Below, piece by piece: positions 26,019 through 35,147 of a DNA stretch of 64,000 bases; within the stretch, counting starts at the first letter, position 1, and each line of letters begins with the position of its first letter. The notes beneath the pieces are model-generated. The model was not told the origin of the DNA and did not search any database. It saw only the letters and a program-made list of their open reading frames with translations. The stretch is taken from positions 3,017 to 67,016 of IMG/VR virus record IMGVR_UViG_3300006175_000011; one strand, given 5' to 3'. A program made the position numbers and the translations under genes. This stretch comes from a virus.

Positions 26019-26447
26019 ATGAATGGACTTGAAGCAATGACGCGGGTTCTTGCGCTCTCCGAGCAGGCCATCCGCGACAGAGGTATCGATCCCCAGGATC
26101 CCGCCAACATGGAAGATCGAGACGTCATAGCTATGGCGGTTATAAGCGCTCTGCTTAATACGGCTATGCCGATTGTGCGTTTCCGCGCTCACGTCCAGAT
26201 TGAGGATTGCGAGACCAAGAAGGTACCTCAGGGGGAGTTCACCGTACTCGGTGTCAACATGACCTCGATCCGCGCCGGTCTCGAAACGCTGATGCAACAT
26301 CCGCTGAAGGTTCATGTGTCCCTGTGGGAACAACGCGCTACGGGTGCTGATATGATCTCTGGTTATCAGGGCCCAACAAAGGCACAGAACTTTCGAGTAT
26401 GGATACGCAGCATCGAGTCGCTGCAAGCAATGCCTACTGTGCAATGA
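26019..26447 (+). CDS. Hypothetical protein
   Basis: AAGGA SD. Confidence 0.55.
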   Translation: MNGLEAMTRVLALSEQAIRDRGIDPQDPANMEDRDVIAMAVISALLNTAMPIVRFRAHVQIEDCETKKVPQGEFTVLGVNMTSIRAGLETLMQHPLKVHVSLWEQRATGADMISGYQGPTKAQNFRVWIRSIESLQAMPTVQ

Positions 26448-26800
26448 CACGCAAACGATCATCCAAAGACGTTGACACGTCGCGTCAGAAGCGCGTCAGG
26501 TCGTCGCGTTCAAGTGATCGTAGGAAACAACGCGCAACGAAGGACAACGCACCTGAGAGCGTCGAGTGGTTGACCAGGTCATCAGCTCGTATGTCAGCGA
26601 TGAAGATTCTGAACGACTATAGAGAACGTCCCTACGTTTTGTCCATGCCTCGAGAAGAAGGTCCCGAACCCATATCGGGGTTTTATCCCTGCTCAATTGT
26701 GGTTCGCGGCAATCGAGTATTCTACTATTTCTTATTTCGTGAGCATCGGGACGCAACTTGCGCGAAATGGCCTGACGCTCGCAAGGAGTTTACACCCTAA
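26444..26800 (+). CDS. Hypothetical protein with Arg/Ser-rich N-terminus
   Basis: ATGA coupling. Confidence 0.5.
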   Translation: MTRKRSSKDVDTSRQKRVRSSRSSDRRKQRATKDNAPESVEWLTRSSARMSAMKILNDYRERPYVLSMPREEGPEPISGFYPCSIVVRGNRVFYYFLFREHRDATCAKWPDARKEFTP

Positions 26801-26841
26801 CGCTATGGTGCGATAATACCTTCGGCAGTGTCGGAGGTATT

Positions 26842-27207
26842 ATGAGTAGCGTTCAGTCCCTAAGCAACGAGAAACTCGCCCAAGAACTGGAACGGGTTAA
26901 CGGCGAACGTTGGTTGCAAGAACTACTCCTCGAAGTGGCTCATCGCCTGCGTCAATCCGACGTGCAAGGCTTGCTGTTTGCCACCGAGGCAGTTGACGCG
27001 ATCACCAAATCTCCAATGGTCAGCAAAGAGACAGCGGAGTTGGTTGAGACGCTCATCATGGCGCCGGTCTTGAAGCGCCAATCTTCCTCAAAGCTTTCAA
27101 CGATTGCTGGTCGTATCTTAAACGGTGCTGACTACACCCACGGCGAAGTCATATCATTAGCGGCATGTGTGATGTCTCAGGACGAAACACGAGGACAATC
27201 GCAATGA
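26842..27207 (+). CDS. Hypothetical protein
   Basis: TTTACA-17-GATAAT promoter, GGAGG SD. Confidence 0.65.
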   Translation: MSSVQSLSNEKLAQELERVNGERWLQELLLEVAHRLRQSDVQGLLFATEAVDAITKSPMVSKETAELVETLIMAPVLKRQSSSKLSTIAGRILNGADYTHGEVISLAACVMSQDETRGQSQ

Positions 27208-27284
27208 TGCATCAATCGACGTTTTTGATCGATCCTGAGGCGTCTGAGGCGCGTCTCAGGTGCATTATTCGACGTTGCGACGTA

Positions 27285-27602
27285 TCAACGTGCGCGATTG
27301 CGTGACGACAACGCCTTGGGCGTCTTTTTCACGACGGCCTTGATGTCACCCATCCACTTCACAAATCTCTTGCGTTTTGAAGCCGCTCGGCGTTCGATAC
27401 GCTCACGATCCAGTCCATTGCGATCGATGAAATAGTTGAGGGCATTGAGAACGTCAGCGGCTTCGTCCTCGACCGACAGGATGACCGAACGTTTGCGAGC
27501 CGGGTGCTTTCCCGTTGGGAATGCCGCAAGCTTCATCAACTCCACACCCAGTTCATTGAGTTCTTCCTGCAGCTTGATGATACCCCGCCATTGCTTCGCC
27601 AT
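27285..27602 (-). CDS. MazG-like NTP pyrophosphohydrolase
   Basis: KLQEELNEL...EDEAADV; GGAGG SD. Confidence 0.7.
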   Translation of the reverse strand: MAKQWRGIIKLQEELNELGVELMKLAAFPTGKHPARKRSVILSVEDEAADVLNALNYFIDRNGLDRERIERRAASKRKRFVKWMGDIKAVVKKTPKALSSRNRAR

Positions 27603-27676
27603 ATGTCCTCCTGTGGTAATGTCGCACTATATCTTGTTGGTTCAGGTAGGTCAATCACCATGTTCTATCCTCTTAA

Positions 27677-28225
27677 GTGCCCTCGGTATATAAAGTGAGC
27701 CATCATTCGGGCGTAATGGGGGCCAAGGTGATACGAGAGACATTGGATATGTGGGTTCAAATGAAGAAACACTTCGAGGTTCGTGCCACGGAGTGGTACA
27801 GTGCTCTGGTCCTGTCAGGGTGGGGCGCCTACACCATACTTCATCCCGGGCTTTATCGAGGTCCGGCGAACCCCTACTTTCAATCCATGCTCGAGTATGC
27901 TCCCCAAGAGAGATGGGGACTAGCCGCCTTCATGGTAGGCTTCATCCGTATCACCGCCCTCTTTATCAACGGTAAGTGGGGAGTAACACCCACAGTTCGC
28001 ATCGCCACCAGCTTTGTCTCGATGCTGGTCTGGTTCTGCGTATCTGTTGGTCTGTTCAAATCGGGCTTGCCCAATTACGGACTTATCCTGTACCCCGCTT
28101 TACTGCTCGCCGACGCTCATTCCTCGTATCGAGCGGCAATCGATGCTGCCGAGGCCCGTGAGCTGAAGAAACTCCATAAAGCAGCAGGGGCAGAAAACAA
28201 TGTCAGAGCCTTCCGCCGCGGTTAG
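27677..28225 (+). CDS. Four-TM membrane protein
   Basis: Four hydrophobic segments; start uncertain. Confidence 0.6.
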   Translation: MPSVYKVSHHSGVMGAKVIRETLDMWVQMKKHFEVRATEWYSALVLSGWGAYTILHPGLYRGPANPYFQSMLEYAPQERWGLAAFMVGFIRITALFINGKWGVTPTVRIATSFVSMLVWFCVSVGLFKSGLPNYGLILYPALLLADAHSSYRAAIDAAEARELKKLHKAAGAENNVRAFRRG

Positions 28226-28538
28226 TCATGCCGCGTCCGTCGACTGGAACATCGTTGCTGCCGCTCTAGCCACCTTCTCCGGAACCCTGTGCGTTACAGT
28301 CTGGGGTTTCTTGACAGGCAAGAAGAAAATCACCGAGCGGTTAGAAGGCAGGGATGGAAACGGCGGCGTCAACAGCGCTGCAATCCTCGACAACACAATG
28401 ATCCTTCAGCAGGTGCTGATCCAACGCGAGACTCGCGACGGGCTGTTACTCAACAGTCATGCTCTGACAGCTCTGTGTTCAGCAATCGAAGATAACACGA
28501 ACGCCGTAGAGAAGTTGACCAAGAAACTCGACGGATAA
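28200..28538 (+). CDS. Single-TM coiled-coil protein (holin/antiholin-like)
   Basis: N-terminal TM segment, C-terminal coiled coil. Confidence 0.5.
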   Translation: MSEPSAAVSHAASVDWNIVAAALATFSGTLCVTVWGFLTGKKKITERLEGRDGNGGVNSAAILDNTMILQQVLIQRETRDGLLLNSHALTALCSAIEDNTNAVEKLTKKLDG

Positions 28539-28675
28539 TCTCTTAAAGCCTTCACCGCTAGTATTAGGCGGTCGGATTGTTCCAGAGGTTCCCGTCGCCA
28601 TCGCGTTGAGCTTGCTCCGCCATCCGCGCCCGGTCCGCTCAGGTTCCCGATATTCCCACACATAGGAGAATAGCA

Positions 28676-28999
28676 ATGTACGTTATTGCGAAGATGGGCG
28701 TTCAGTCGATTGAGGATTATGGCTGGAGTCGCAAGTTGAAGATGTCCTGTGTCTATGACAACGGCATCAACACGGGCGACAACGAGGAAAATAAATCCTT
28801 CACCCGCGCGAGCCCCAGTGGCGAGCTGTGGATGACCATCGATAATAAGAATGTTTGGCCGGCATTCCGTTTGCCGGACGGCGTTGGCCAACAACAGTCC
28901 CAGCACTACGTTGTCTTCATCGACGCAGCGGAACATAGCCTCGCCGACGTTTACAAGATGCTCGGATCACTTCCTCTTAAGGAAGAGACTGTAGACTAA
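28676..28999 (+). CDS. Hypothetical phage protein
   Basis: AGGAG SD; EENKSFTRASPSGEL.MTIDN. Confidence 0.65.
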   Translation: MYVIAKMGVQSIEDYGWSRKLKMSCVYDNGINTGDNEENKSFTRASPSGELWMTIDNKNVWPAFRLPDGVGQQQSQHYVVFIDAAEHSLADVYKMLGSLPLKEETVD

Positions 29000-29081
29000 T
29001 AGTCGAACCGGGGGCCATGAAGCCGAGTTCCTGCTATCATGCCTTTTCGAGCTTCGCGCTCTTTGCCCCCGGTTCACACTT

Positions 29082-29465
29082 TCAGTTGAGGTCGATCTTC
29101 TTAAAGCTGATCCCTCGTTCCCGAAGCATCTGCTCGAAGTGTTCAACGAAGCTTCGTTCCTCACCTGTGCTAACTATCAAGCCCATGTCGGCTAAAACAG
29201 TCTGGATGATCTGTGCACTTGGCGTTTGGTCACACAGACTCAATCCTTGGAAGAACAAAGCCACCTTATCTCTGTCATTGTCGAACCACTCTTTCAAGTA
29301 ATGCTGCATAGCTCGACGTGAACAATGCGGGTCGCCGCATTCGCAAGGGAGAGTCTCGACATGATCGTAGAATTGCTGAGCTCCCGGGTACCTCTTGACC
29401 ATGTCGAGGAAGACTTCCTGACAAGAGGATCCCAGAATAACGGCAAGGTCAAGTATCTCGATCAT
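29082..29465 (-). CDS. Hypothetical protein
   Basis: ATGA coupling to thyX. Confidence 0.55.
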   Translation of the reverse strand: MIEILDLAVILGSSCQEVFLDMVKRYPGAQQFYDHVETLPCECGDPHCSRRAMQHYLKEWFDNDRDKVALFFQGLSLCDQTPSAQIIQTVLADMGLIVSTGEERSFVEHFEQMLRERGISFKKIDLN

Positions 29466-30316
29466 ACGCGTGTCTCCATTATGGCTTCATGAGGAATAGT
29501 CTTGCGGTACTGTATCCAACCCTCAAAATTGCCGTGCAGTTGAGGATGTCCCCAACTTTCATCATCTTTCCACTTACCCGAATTTACTCGAGTATCCGGC
29601 GTTGCCTGATGTTCCGCTGGTGAGGCGTGAACCGGTTGGCTCACAACGAGTTTCTCGTAACGCGCCATCTCTGAGACGAAGTCCGCCTTACCGTCGAAGG
29701 GTGCATAGCTGAGCCTTGCGCTCCGAGCTGTGGAGATCATCTTCAACTCGTCAAGTGTGTAGCCGCCCTCTCGTTCGTCCTCGGTAACCCAAGGCAAGTG
29801 CCAACTGCCCGGCTGACGAAGCACGGGTTGAGATTGTTCCATTGCCTTAAGCATCAACTGCGCGAGCTCGTCAAGTTCAGGTTGAGCGTATTCGCTGATC
29901 CGTAGAGTGAAGAAATTCTTCCACCATGTTGCGGTCACTTGTACGTCGATCCAGCCGAACCACTCGAGCGGTCGATTGGCCCACTGTTTGTGAACACCTA
30001 ATGCCTGAAGCTTAGACACTGCAATTCTAGTATCTTTCGCAAGGTCGATCCAGATGGATTGAGCCTCATATTGCTGAGCAAGTGTCAGCTTCTCCGTAGA
30101 TTGCATACCCGGCTTATTCATTCCAAACTGGGGAACGAAGACCTCCTCGGTCAATAGGATCTTGCTAGGCACTGCCCGACTTGACCGAGCATTGCGACTG
30201 AAGACTCGATGCGTCATCAGCTCAGCGTGGATCGCACGCCAGTATCTCAAGTGAAATGTCGTCAGCCTGATACCCTGTGGGCTAACGCTATCGGCGATGA
30301 TCTTTACTTCGGCCAT
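29462..30316 (-). CDS. thyX: Flavin-dependent thymidylate synthase
   Basis: AELMTHRVFSRNARSSRAVP signature; HKQWANR.LE; F.LR...AQPE; HASPAEH. Confidence 0.88.
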   Translation of the reverse strand: MAEVKIIADSVSPQGIRLTTFHLRYWRAIHAELMTHRVFSRNARSSRAVPSKILLTEEVFVPQFGMNKPGMQSTEKLTLAQQYEAQSIWIDLAKDTRIAVSKLQALGVHKQWANRPLEWFGWIDVQVTATWWKNFFTLRISEYAQPELDELAQLMLKAMEQSQPVLRQPGSWHLPWVTEDEREGGYTLDELKMISTARSARLSYAPFDGKADFVSEMARYEKLVVSQPVHASPAEHQATPDTRVNSGKWKDDESWGHPQLHGNFEGWIQYRKTIPHEAIMETRV

Positions 30317-30507
30317 TTAAACCACCATTTACCTTTCTTGTCTGCTTTCTTGATCTTAGTTTGCCACTTCTTTCTTAATCGACCATCCTCCTTGGATTGC
30401 TTGACAGATTTCCATACCCATTTGCCATTCTTTGACTTGACGGCAACGGCTATGGGCTTGATACCAGTGCTGGGCGGTGGTCCCAACGGTATTGACTTCG
30501 CCATCAT
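30304..30507 (-). CDS. Small Lys/Trp-rich protein
   Basis: GGAGG SD; KWVWK..KKW..KWWFKWPK. Confidence 0.55.
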   Translation of the reverse strand: MMAKSIPLGPPPSTGIKPIAVAVKSKNGKWVWKSVKQSKEDGRLRKKWQTKIKKADKKGKWWFKWPK

Positions 30508-30584
30508 TCCTCCGTAATGTGAGGGAACCATTTACGCTGACGAGCGTTTATGGCATTGAGGGAACGTTCCACAAGGAGAAAACC

Positions 30585-31037
30585 ATGAGTACGTTTGGTG
30601 AAGGTACACTGAACCCCGGTTCGCAAGTCGACAAAGACAACCCAACGCCCGAGGAAGTTCATGAGGCCGAGGAAGGCCAGCAAAAGCAGGAAACTGTTCC
30701 GCCGGCCAATCCCAATGAGCCGACCGAGATCCTCGACGAGTCGGACGACGAAACGCGGGACCGTCACATCGCTTCGACGGAACTGCCCGTCGGTGAGCTG
30801 ACCCACCCGGAAACGCAGGCCGATACCGCGCTGGCGGACGATGCGAAGGAACTGATCGTTCCCGGCGCCGCAACCGGCCCTGATCCTGCCGGTGTGGTTC
30901 GCAATGACCACGGCCGCGTCGCCTATGCGCCTCCGGGATCGATGGACGCTGCGGTCAACGGCGTTCAACAGGATGCGTCTGGTCACGTCTCGTCGGTCGG
31001 CACCGACAACAGTCCGGCGTCGAATACCCGCATCTAA
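30585..31037 (+). CDS. Acidic disordered protein, monocistronic
   Basis: AAGGAG SD; terminator follows. Confidence 0.7.
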   Translation: MSTFGEGTLNPGSQVDKDNPTPEEVHEAEEGQQKQETVPPANPNEPTEILDESDDETRDRHIASTELPVGELTHPETQADTALADDAKELIVPGAATGPDPAGVVRNDHGRVAYAPPGSMDAAVNGVQQDASGHVSSVGTDNSPASNTRI

Positions 31038-31059
31038 CTTCGGGTGAGGGACAGAGAAG

Positions 31060-31090
31060 GGAGTCATCGGAAACGGTGGCTCCTTTTTCT
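31060..31090 (+). terminator. Rho-independent terminator
   Basis: GGAGTCATCG-GAAA-CGGTGGCTCC-TTTTT. Confidence 0.75.
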
Positions 31091-31299
31091 TAGAAATCGA
31101 TCTTCGTAGCATAATCCCACCGATGATTGCCCGACATATTCTTACATCTATGTTCCACTGAACCATCCCTGATACACTTGACACGGTAGATCACCATCGT
31201 CAGGTTGCAATAATCCCGTTTGATAATCTCGATGATCTTCCACTTATAACCCTCGCCCCATTCTCGGTTGAGTGCGGCCTTGATTTCCCTTTTCTTCAT
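31090..31299 (-). CDS. Hypothetical protein
   Basis: ATGA coupling. Confidence 0.5.
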   Translation of the reverse strand: MKKREIKAALNREWGEGYKWKIIEIIKRDYCNLTMVIYRVKCIRDGSVEHRCKNMSGNHRWDYATKIDF

Positions 31300-31790
31300 G
31301 TATTATCCCCGAAGGATCGACGCAGCCGTTTCTTGCTGCAGTCTGGACCATACCCTTCCTTGATCGATGTCGGATCAGTCAATTCAAGGCCACACATGCC
31401 GCAGCGACCGACGTGATAGAACGTCACGCCCGTCGGCACAGTCTTATCGCGATTGAGTATCAGCCAAAACCAGTCGAACGCTCTGAAGGCTTCGCTGCGG
31501 GCTTCTTTCATCCCTGTGCGACGAGTCGTTCGGAATAGCATATCGTCTTTGAAGATTGCACCAAGATAAAGGTACTCGTTGTCCGAGGTTAGACGAGAAA
31601 CATACCAGATGCCCGTATCCTTGTCCTTGCGAACTTTGAAGGTGAAGTGCTTTCCGGTCTTGTTGGATTTGATGCTGAACTTGGCATTGCCCGCAAGGAT
31701 GAACTCATACACGAGTTCGCCCTTGTCCATAGGCTCTATTAGAGTAAGCCCTTCAGGATACCCGAACAGGTCAGCTCCTTGGGTCATCAT
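31296..31790 (-). CDS. DUF6011-like zinc-finger protein
   Basis: GRCGMCGLELTDPTSI..GYGPDC. Confidence 0.75.
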   Translation of the reverse strand: MMTQGADLFGYPEGLTLIEPMDKGELVYEFILAGNAKFSIKSNKTGKHFTFKVRKDKDTGIWYVSRLTSDNEYLYLGAIFKDDMLFRTTRRTGMKEARSEAFRAFDWFWLILNRDKTVPTGVTFYHVGRCGMCGLELTDPTSIKEGYGPDCSKKRLRRSFGDNT

Positions 31791-32191
31791 ACTCTTCTCC
31801 CCGCGGTGTTAGCCAAGAATCTTGCTATCTCTTTGCCTATCGTAATTCCTAAGCATGACACGGCTTCGGGTCCATCAAGCAAATGGATTTGCTCCGCTCG
31901 AATAATGTATTCCGCCGTGGGCGAGGGCCTTATAAACTCGAGCGAAGCCGCCACCTTCATTGAACCCGGATTTAGGGCGGCTAATCTGATGTCCACATGG
32001 GGCTCAAGGGTTGCTATCATCCGAGCGATCTCACCCTCAAACTGGACTAAACGTTGTTGTAGTGCTCGCTTGTCCGATGTTAAGCTTGAAATATCCTCAG
32101 CGGCGATGTCATGAAGACGGGTTAATTCCTTCAGCTCGTTCTCGGTCTCCCGAGCGCGCCGTCGCTGGTTTCTTCCAAATCGCTTGCTCAT
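31787..32191 (-). CDS. Hypothetical coiled-coil protein
   Basis: MSKRFGRNQRRRAR start, coupling. Confidence 0.6.
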   Translation of the reverse strand: MSKRFGRNQRRRARETENELKELTRLHDIAAEDISSLTSDKRALQQRLVQFEGEIARMIATLEPHVDIRLAALNPGSMKVAASLEFIRPSPTAEYIIRAEQIHLLDGPEAVSCLGITIGKEIARFLANTAGRRV

Positions 32192-32940
32192 TTCTTCTTC
32201 GCCTTGTTACGTGCTTTGAGATCTGCGGCTAACTGATCGACAACCTTCTTTTCAATCTTCCCAGCCTCGTCTTTGGGCCAGGACCACCCATGGTCGGGTT
32301 TGGTGAGTTTGAGCGCTCGGAGAACTCCCCGGACTTCGCGACCCTCGAGTTTGAGTTTCTGTGCAATGTCATTGGCAGAGATGAAACCATCCGTATTAGG
32401 TTTGGGCTTCGGCTCGCGTTTAGGCAGTCGATCCTTTCTTGCGGACTTAGGGGTTTTTGACTGAACGTCACTTCCGCTTCCGTCATCATGAATTGTTGAC
32501 CGCCCGGCATCGTCAGTATCATGGGACCGAGTACTATCGTTGTCGTCTCGCCTTCCATAGAGAAAGTTGGCAACGGACCTGATGAGCTGATCGTCTCGCC
32601 ACTCGATTTCCGCTTCCGTGTACTCATGGTTCATGATATCCTTCAGTTGATCCTTGTGAGCTCGGACCTTCACACCACGCGATGTAACGATCATGGCATC
32701 TCGATCAAGCCAAAGCTCCCATTCATATTCGTCTTTGGCAATGACCCGCTCGACAAACTGTTTCGCAGCATGGGTTCCGTAGAACTTCAGAACGAGCACC
32801 TTACCGATAGGATCACCCGTGCGCGCATACGTGCAGTAGATGACGTATCGATGGCCGTCGACTTTGGCAGAGTAAGCGGGTTCGAGTTTATTCTTCGCTT
32901 TCTCTTCATCCGTTACATGGGATTTTCTTGCTCGTGCCAT
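32188..32940 (-). CDS. Protein with C-terminal HTH-like domain; paralogue of 11584-12135
   Basis: FISANDIAQKLKLEGREVRGVLR..KPDHGWSW. Confidence 0.7.
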   Translation of the reverse strand: MARARKSHVTDEEKAKNKLEPAYSAKVDGHRYVIYCTYARTGDPIGKVLVLKFYGTHAAKQFVERVIAKDEYEWELWLDRDAMIVTSRGVKVRAHKDQLKDIMNHEYTEAEIEWRDDQLIRSVANFLYGRRDDNDSTRSHDTDDAGRSTIHDDGSGSDVQSKTPKSARKDRLPKREPKPKPNTDGFISANDIAQKLKLEGREVRGVLRALKLTKPDHGWSWPKDEAGKIEKKVVDQLAADLKARNKAKKK

Positions 32941-33007
32941 ATGAACGTTGCTCCTATCGGGGAATGACGATCATTATAGACAAAACTTATTAAAAGAGCA
33001 ACCGCTA

Positions 33008-33559
33008 ATGTCTCGTTTCATCCGAACTTACAAATGCCGGAAGATCTTTCTGGATTGTCTGGCTGCGGGTGACTCCGTATCAAGGGCTGCTCATGCCGCC
33101 GGCGGAACGACCAGCAACTTCAAGGCATGGAAAAAGTCCGACCCCGATTTTTCGTCTGATTGGGATGACGCCATCGAGGAAGGAACGGATTTCATCGAGG
33201 ACGTTGCGACAGAACGAGCGATGAAGAAGTCGGATCCTCTGATGTTGGCAATCCTCAAGGCTCGTCGTCCCGAGAAGTATGACCGCAATTCCGGCAGGGC
33301 CGGCGTGGAGTTAACCATCAATGTTGAAGGCGCGAAATCCAAGCTGCTCAATAAGATTGCGCGGCTCCAGGCTCAGGGGCAACTTCCCGAAGGAAGCCCG
33401 GAAGCGGTCTCACAAATATCTGGGGATAAAGAAAAAGAGTCGACCACAGTCGAGGAGACAAAGTTACTCCCCGCCCCCGGAGACGAGGGAATACCTCTTA
33501 AGGGACGGAAGCGCCGAGCCGTTGAACCAGGCAATCGACGGAAAGCTGCTGCGCAATGA
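33008..33559 (+). CDS. terS: Terminase small subunit
   Basis: HTH, W..SDPDF..DWDDAIEEG, SD.L...LKARRPEKY; precedes TerL. Confidence 0.85.
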   Translation: MSRFIRTYKCRKIFLDCLAAGDSVSRAAHAAGGTTSNFKAWKKSDPDFSSDWDDAIEEGTDFIEDVATERAMKKSDPLMLAILKARRPEKYDRNSGRAGVELTINVEGAKSKLLNKIARLQAQGQLPEGSPEAVSQISGDKEKESTTVEETKLLPAPGDEGIPLKGRKRRAVEPGNRRKAAAQ

Positions 33560-35147
33560 GCATCTCAAGACCATTGACCTCAGCAAACTCGATGACCTAA
33601 CCGATGAAGAGGCGGACGAACTTCTCCACACTTGGGAACTCTGGGCTCGACCCAATCAGCTCGAACCCGAAGTCATTTTACCCAATGGTGAGCGGTGGAC
33701 CACCTGGCTCATCTTGGCGGGTCGCGGTTTCGGAAAGACTCGATGTGGTGCAGAGACAATTATTAAGTGGGTTCGTTCCGGTCACTGTAAGCGAGTTGCA
33801 CTCGTTGCTGAAGACTCCGCCGATGCGCGAGACGTTATGGTGGAGGGTGAGAGCGGGATCCTTGCCTGTTCTCCACGAGACTTCATTCCTAAGTACGAAC
33901 CTTCTAAACGACGTCTCACCTGGCCTAATGGCGCAGTTGCTACACTTTTCTCCGCTGAGGATTATGATAGTCTTCGCGGACCTCAGTTCGATGGGGCCTG
34001 GTGCGATGAGCTGTGTAAATGGCGCTACGCTCAGGAGGCTTGGGACAATCTCCAATTTGGACTCCGTCTTGGAGACCATCCCAAGCAAATCGTTACTACA
34101 ACTCCTAAGCCTATCCGACTGCTGAAGGACATTATCCTTCGCAGCGATACCGCGATCACCAAGGGTAATACCCGCGAGAACCTGGTCAATCTTGCTCCCC
34201 CGTTCGTTAAGGCGGTGATCGAGAAGTATGAGGGAACGCGGATCGGTAGACAGGAGCTTAACGCAGAAATTCTGGATGACGTTCCCGGCGCATTGTGGTC
34301 TCGCCCGATGATCGACGAGCATCGCATCAGACCTGTGGACAGTCAAACGCCTCTCATCCTTCCCCATTTCGTCCGAGTAGTTGTTGCTGTCGATCCTCCG
34401 AAAGAGGTGGGAGAAGCCGGTGCGGAATGCGGTATTACCGTTACGGCTAAAGACATCAATGGTCATGGGTATCTGCTCGAGGATCTGTCACTTCCCGGTT
34501 CACCCGAAGAATGGGGACGAGTTGCTGTCCAAGCCTATGACGAGTGGGAAGCCGACCTTGTTGTCTATGAAGCTAACCAAGGCGGTGAGATGGTGGCAGC
34601 CGTTCTACGTCAAGCCGCGAAGTCTTTGCGTGACGACGGGATGAGGACTGCTGACTTCGTTCCTTTGAAAGCGGTTCATGCAACTAAGGGCAAGTATGTT
34701 CGTGCCGAGCCGGTGTCTCAGCTTTATGAACAGGGCAAGATGCATCACGTTGGTTACTTCCCCGATCTTGAGGATCAGCTGTGCGAATACACGCCGGACG
34801 GCTCAATGGGTTATTCACCTGACCGAATGGACTCTTTGGTGTGGGGCTTCACTGAGTTGCTTGTCGGATCGATCAGCCATGAAGGATTGATGGATTACTA
34901 CCGTCAGGAAGCACAGGCGATAAAGGATCGGGTATCGGGCAAATTGCTCGTTGCTCCTGGCACTTTCGTTTCTCTTCAAGGGCCTGCGGGTATAAATACG
35001 GCATTCGGGATTAGTGGGGCTAAGTATCTTCTGAACGCTGAAGGTAAATTCGACGTAAAAGAAGAAGACGTTTCAGGTCTGCAAAGTGCCGGTTTTGTTA
35101 GGGTATTCGCCAAGGCGATTGATGGGGGTTCGACTGTAAATGGCTGA
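33522..35147 (+). CDS. terL: Terminase large subunit (start uncertain; TTG at 33522 preferred)
   Basis: AGRGFGKT, LRGPQF, WCDE, TTTP, VAVDP, E.NQGG, SPDRMD. Confidence 0.93.
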   Translation: MNQAIDGKLLRNEHLKTIDLSKLDDLTDEEADELLHTWELWARPNQLEPEVILPNGERWTTWLILAGRGFGKTRCGAETIIKWVRSGHCKRVALVAEDSADARDVMVEGESGILACSPRDFIPKYEPSKRRLTWPNGAVATLFSAEDYDSLRGPQFDGAWCDELCKWRYAQEAWDNLQFGLRLGDHPKQIVTTTPKPIRLLKDIILRSDTAITKGNTRENLVNLAPPFVKAVIEKYEGTRIGRQELNAEILDDVPGALWSRPMIDEHRIRPVDSQTPLILPHFVRVVVAVDPPKEVGEAGAECGITVTAKDINGHGYLLEDLSLPGSPEEWGRVAVQAYDEWEADLVVYEANQGGEMVAAVLRQAAKSLRDDGMRTADFVPLKAVHATKGKYVRAEPVSQLYEQGKMHHVGYFPDLEDQLCEYTPDGSMGYSPDRMDSLVWGFTELLVGSISHEGLMDYYRQEAQAIKDRVSGKLLVAPGTFVSLQGPAGINTAFGISGAKYLLNAEGKFDVKEEDVSGLQSAGFVRVFAKAIDGGSTVNG

